Assembly (NCBI GenBank): GCA_030586555.1
Contig: JAURAC010000033.1
Coordinates: forward strand, 1-34,697
Source: Candidatus Subterrananammoxibius californiae
Lineage (GTDB): Bacteria > Planctomycetota > Brocadiia > Brocadiales > Subterrananammoxibiaceae
DNA length: 34,697 bases
Reading direction: 5' to 3'
Below are positions 34,697 through 34,697 of this stretch, one piece after another (the stretch's first letter is position 1; the number at the start of each line of letters is the position of its first letter). A program made the position numbers and the translations under genes. Below the pieces are notes generated by a model. That model searched no databases and was not told where the DNA came from. It saw only the letters and a program-made list of their open reading frames with translations.

Positions 34697-34697
34697 T

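Overview
This is a bacterial chromosomal window; the tig/clpP style and repeat families suggest a Planctomycetota/Ca. Brocadiales-like genome, which is a weak inference. All family calls come from motif recognition, and no database search was run. It has five parts. (1) 1-5.7 kb, minus strand: a flagellar block (flgE 5' part, flgD, a very long fliK, two lipoproteins) with two sigma54-type promoters. (2) 6.1-20.7 kb, plus strand: a chemotaxis operon (HTH, cheY, cheX, CheC-REC, cheA, cheW, two MCPs, stand-alone P2 domain, cheD, cheC, cheY, cheR, PilZ-REC-PilZ, cheB). (3) 20.9-26.8 kb: five co-oriented cargo units (UvrD-like helicase, nucleotidyl-cyclase-like protein, DUF433/DUF5615 TA pair, YhcG/DUF1016 nuclease, DUF2281/MazF TA pair) punctuated by six copies of one repeat. 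The repeat translates as the C-terminus of Type IIG/Eco57I-like restriction-modification proteins (…IDQxVYELYxLTPEEIxIVEG*), giving an integron-like cassette array with no intI or attC; this is the top finding. (4) tRNA-Gly, tig, clpP and small genes. (5) 30.7-34.7 kb: a second array in which TA modules and a GIY-YIG fusion sit between remnants of a RAYT/IS200-like Y1 transposase element. Several REP-like palindrome families are scattered throughout, many inserted in frame in fliK, cheA, cheB and the MCPs.
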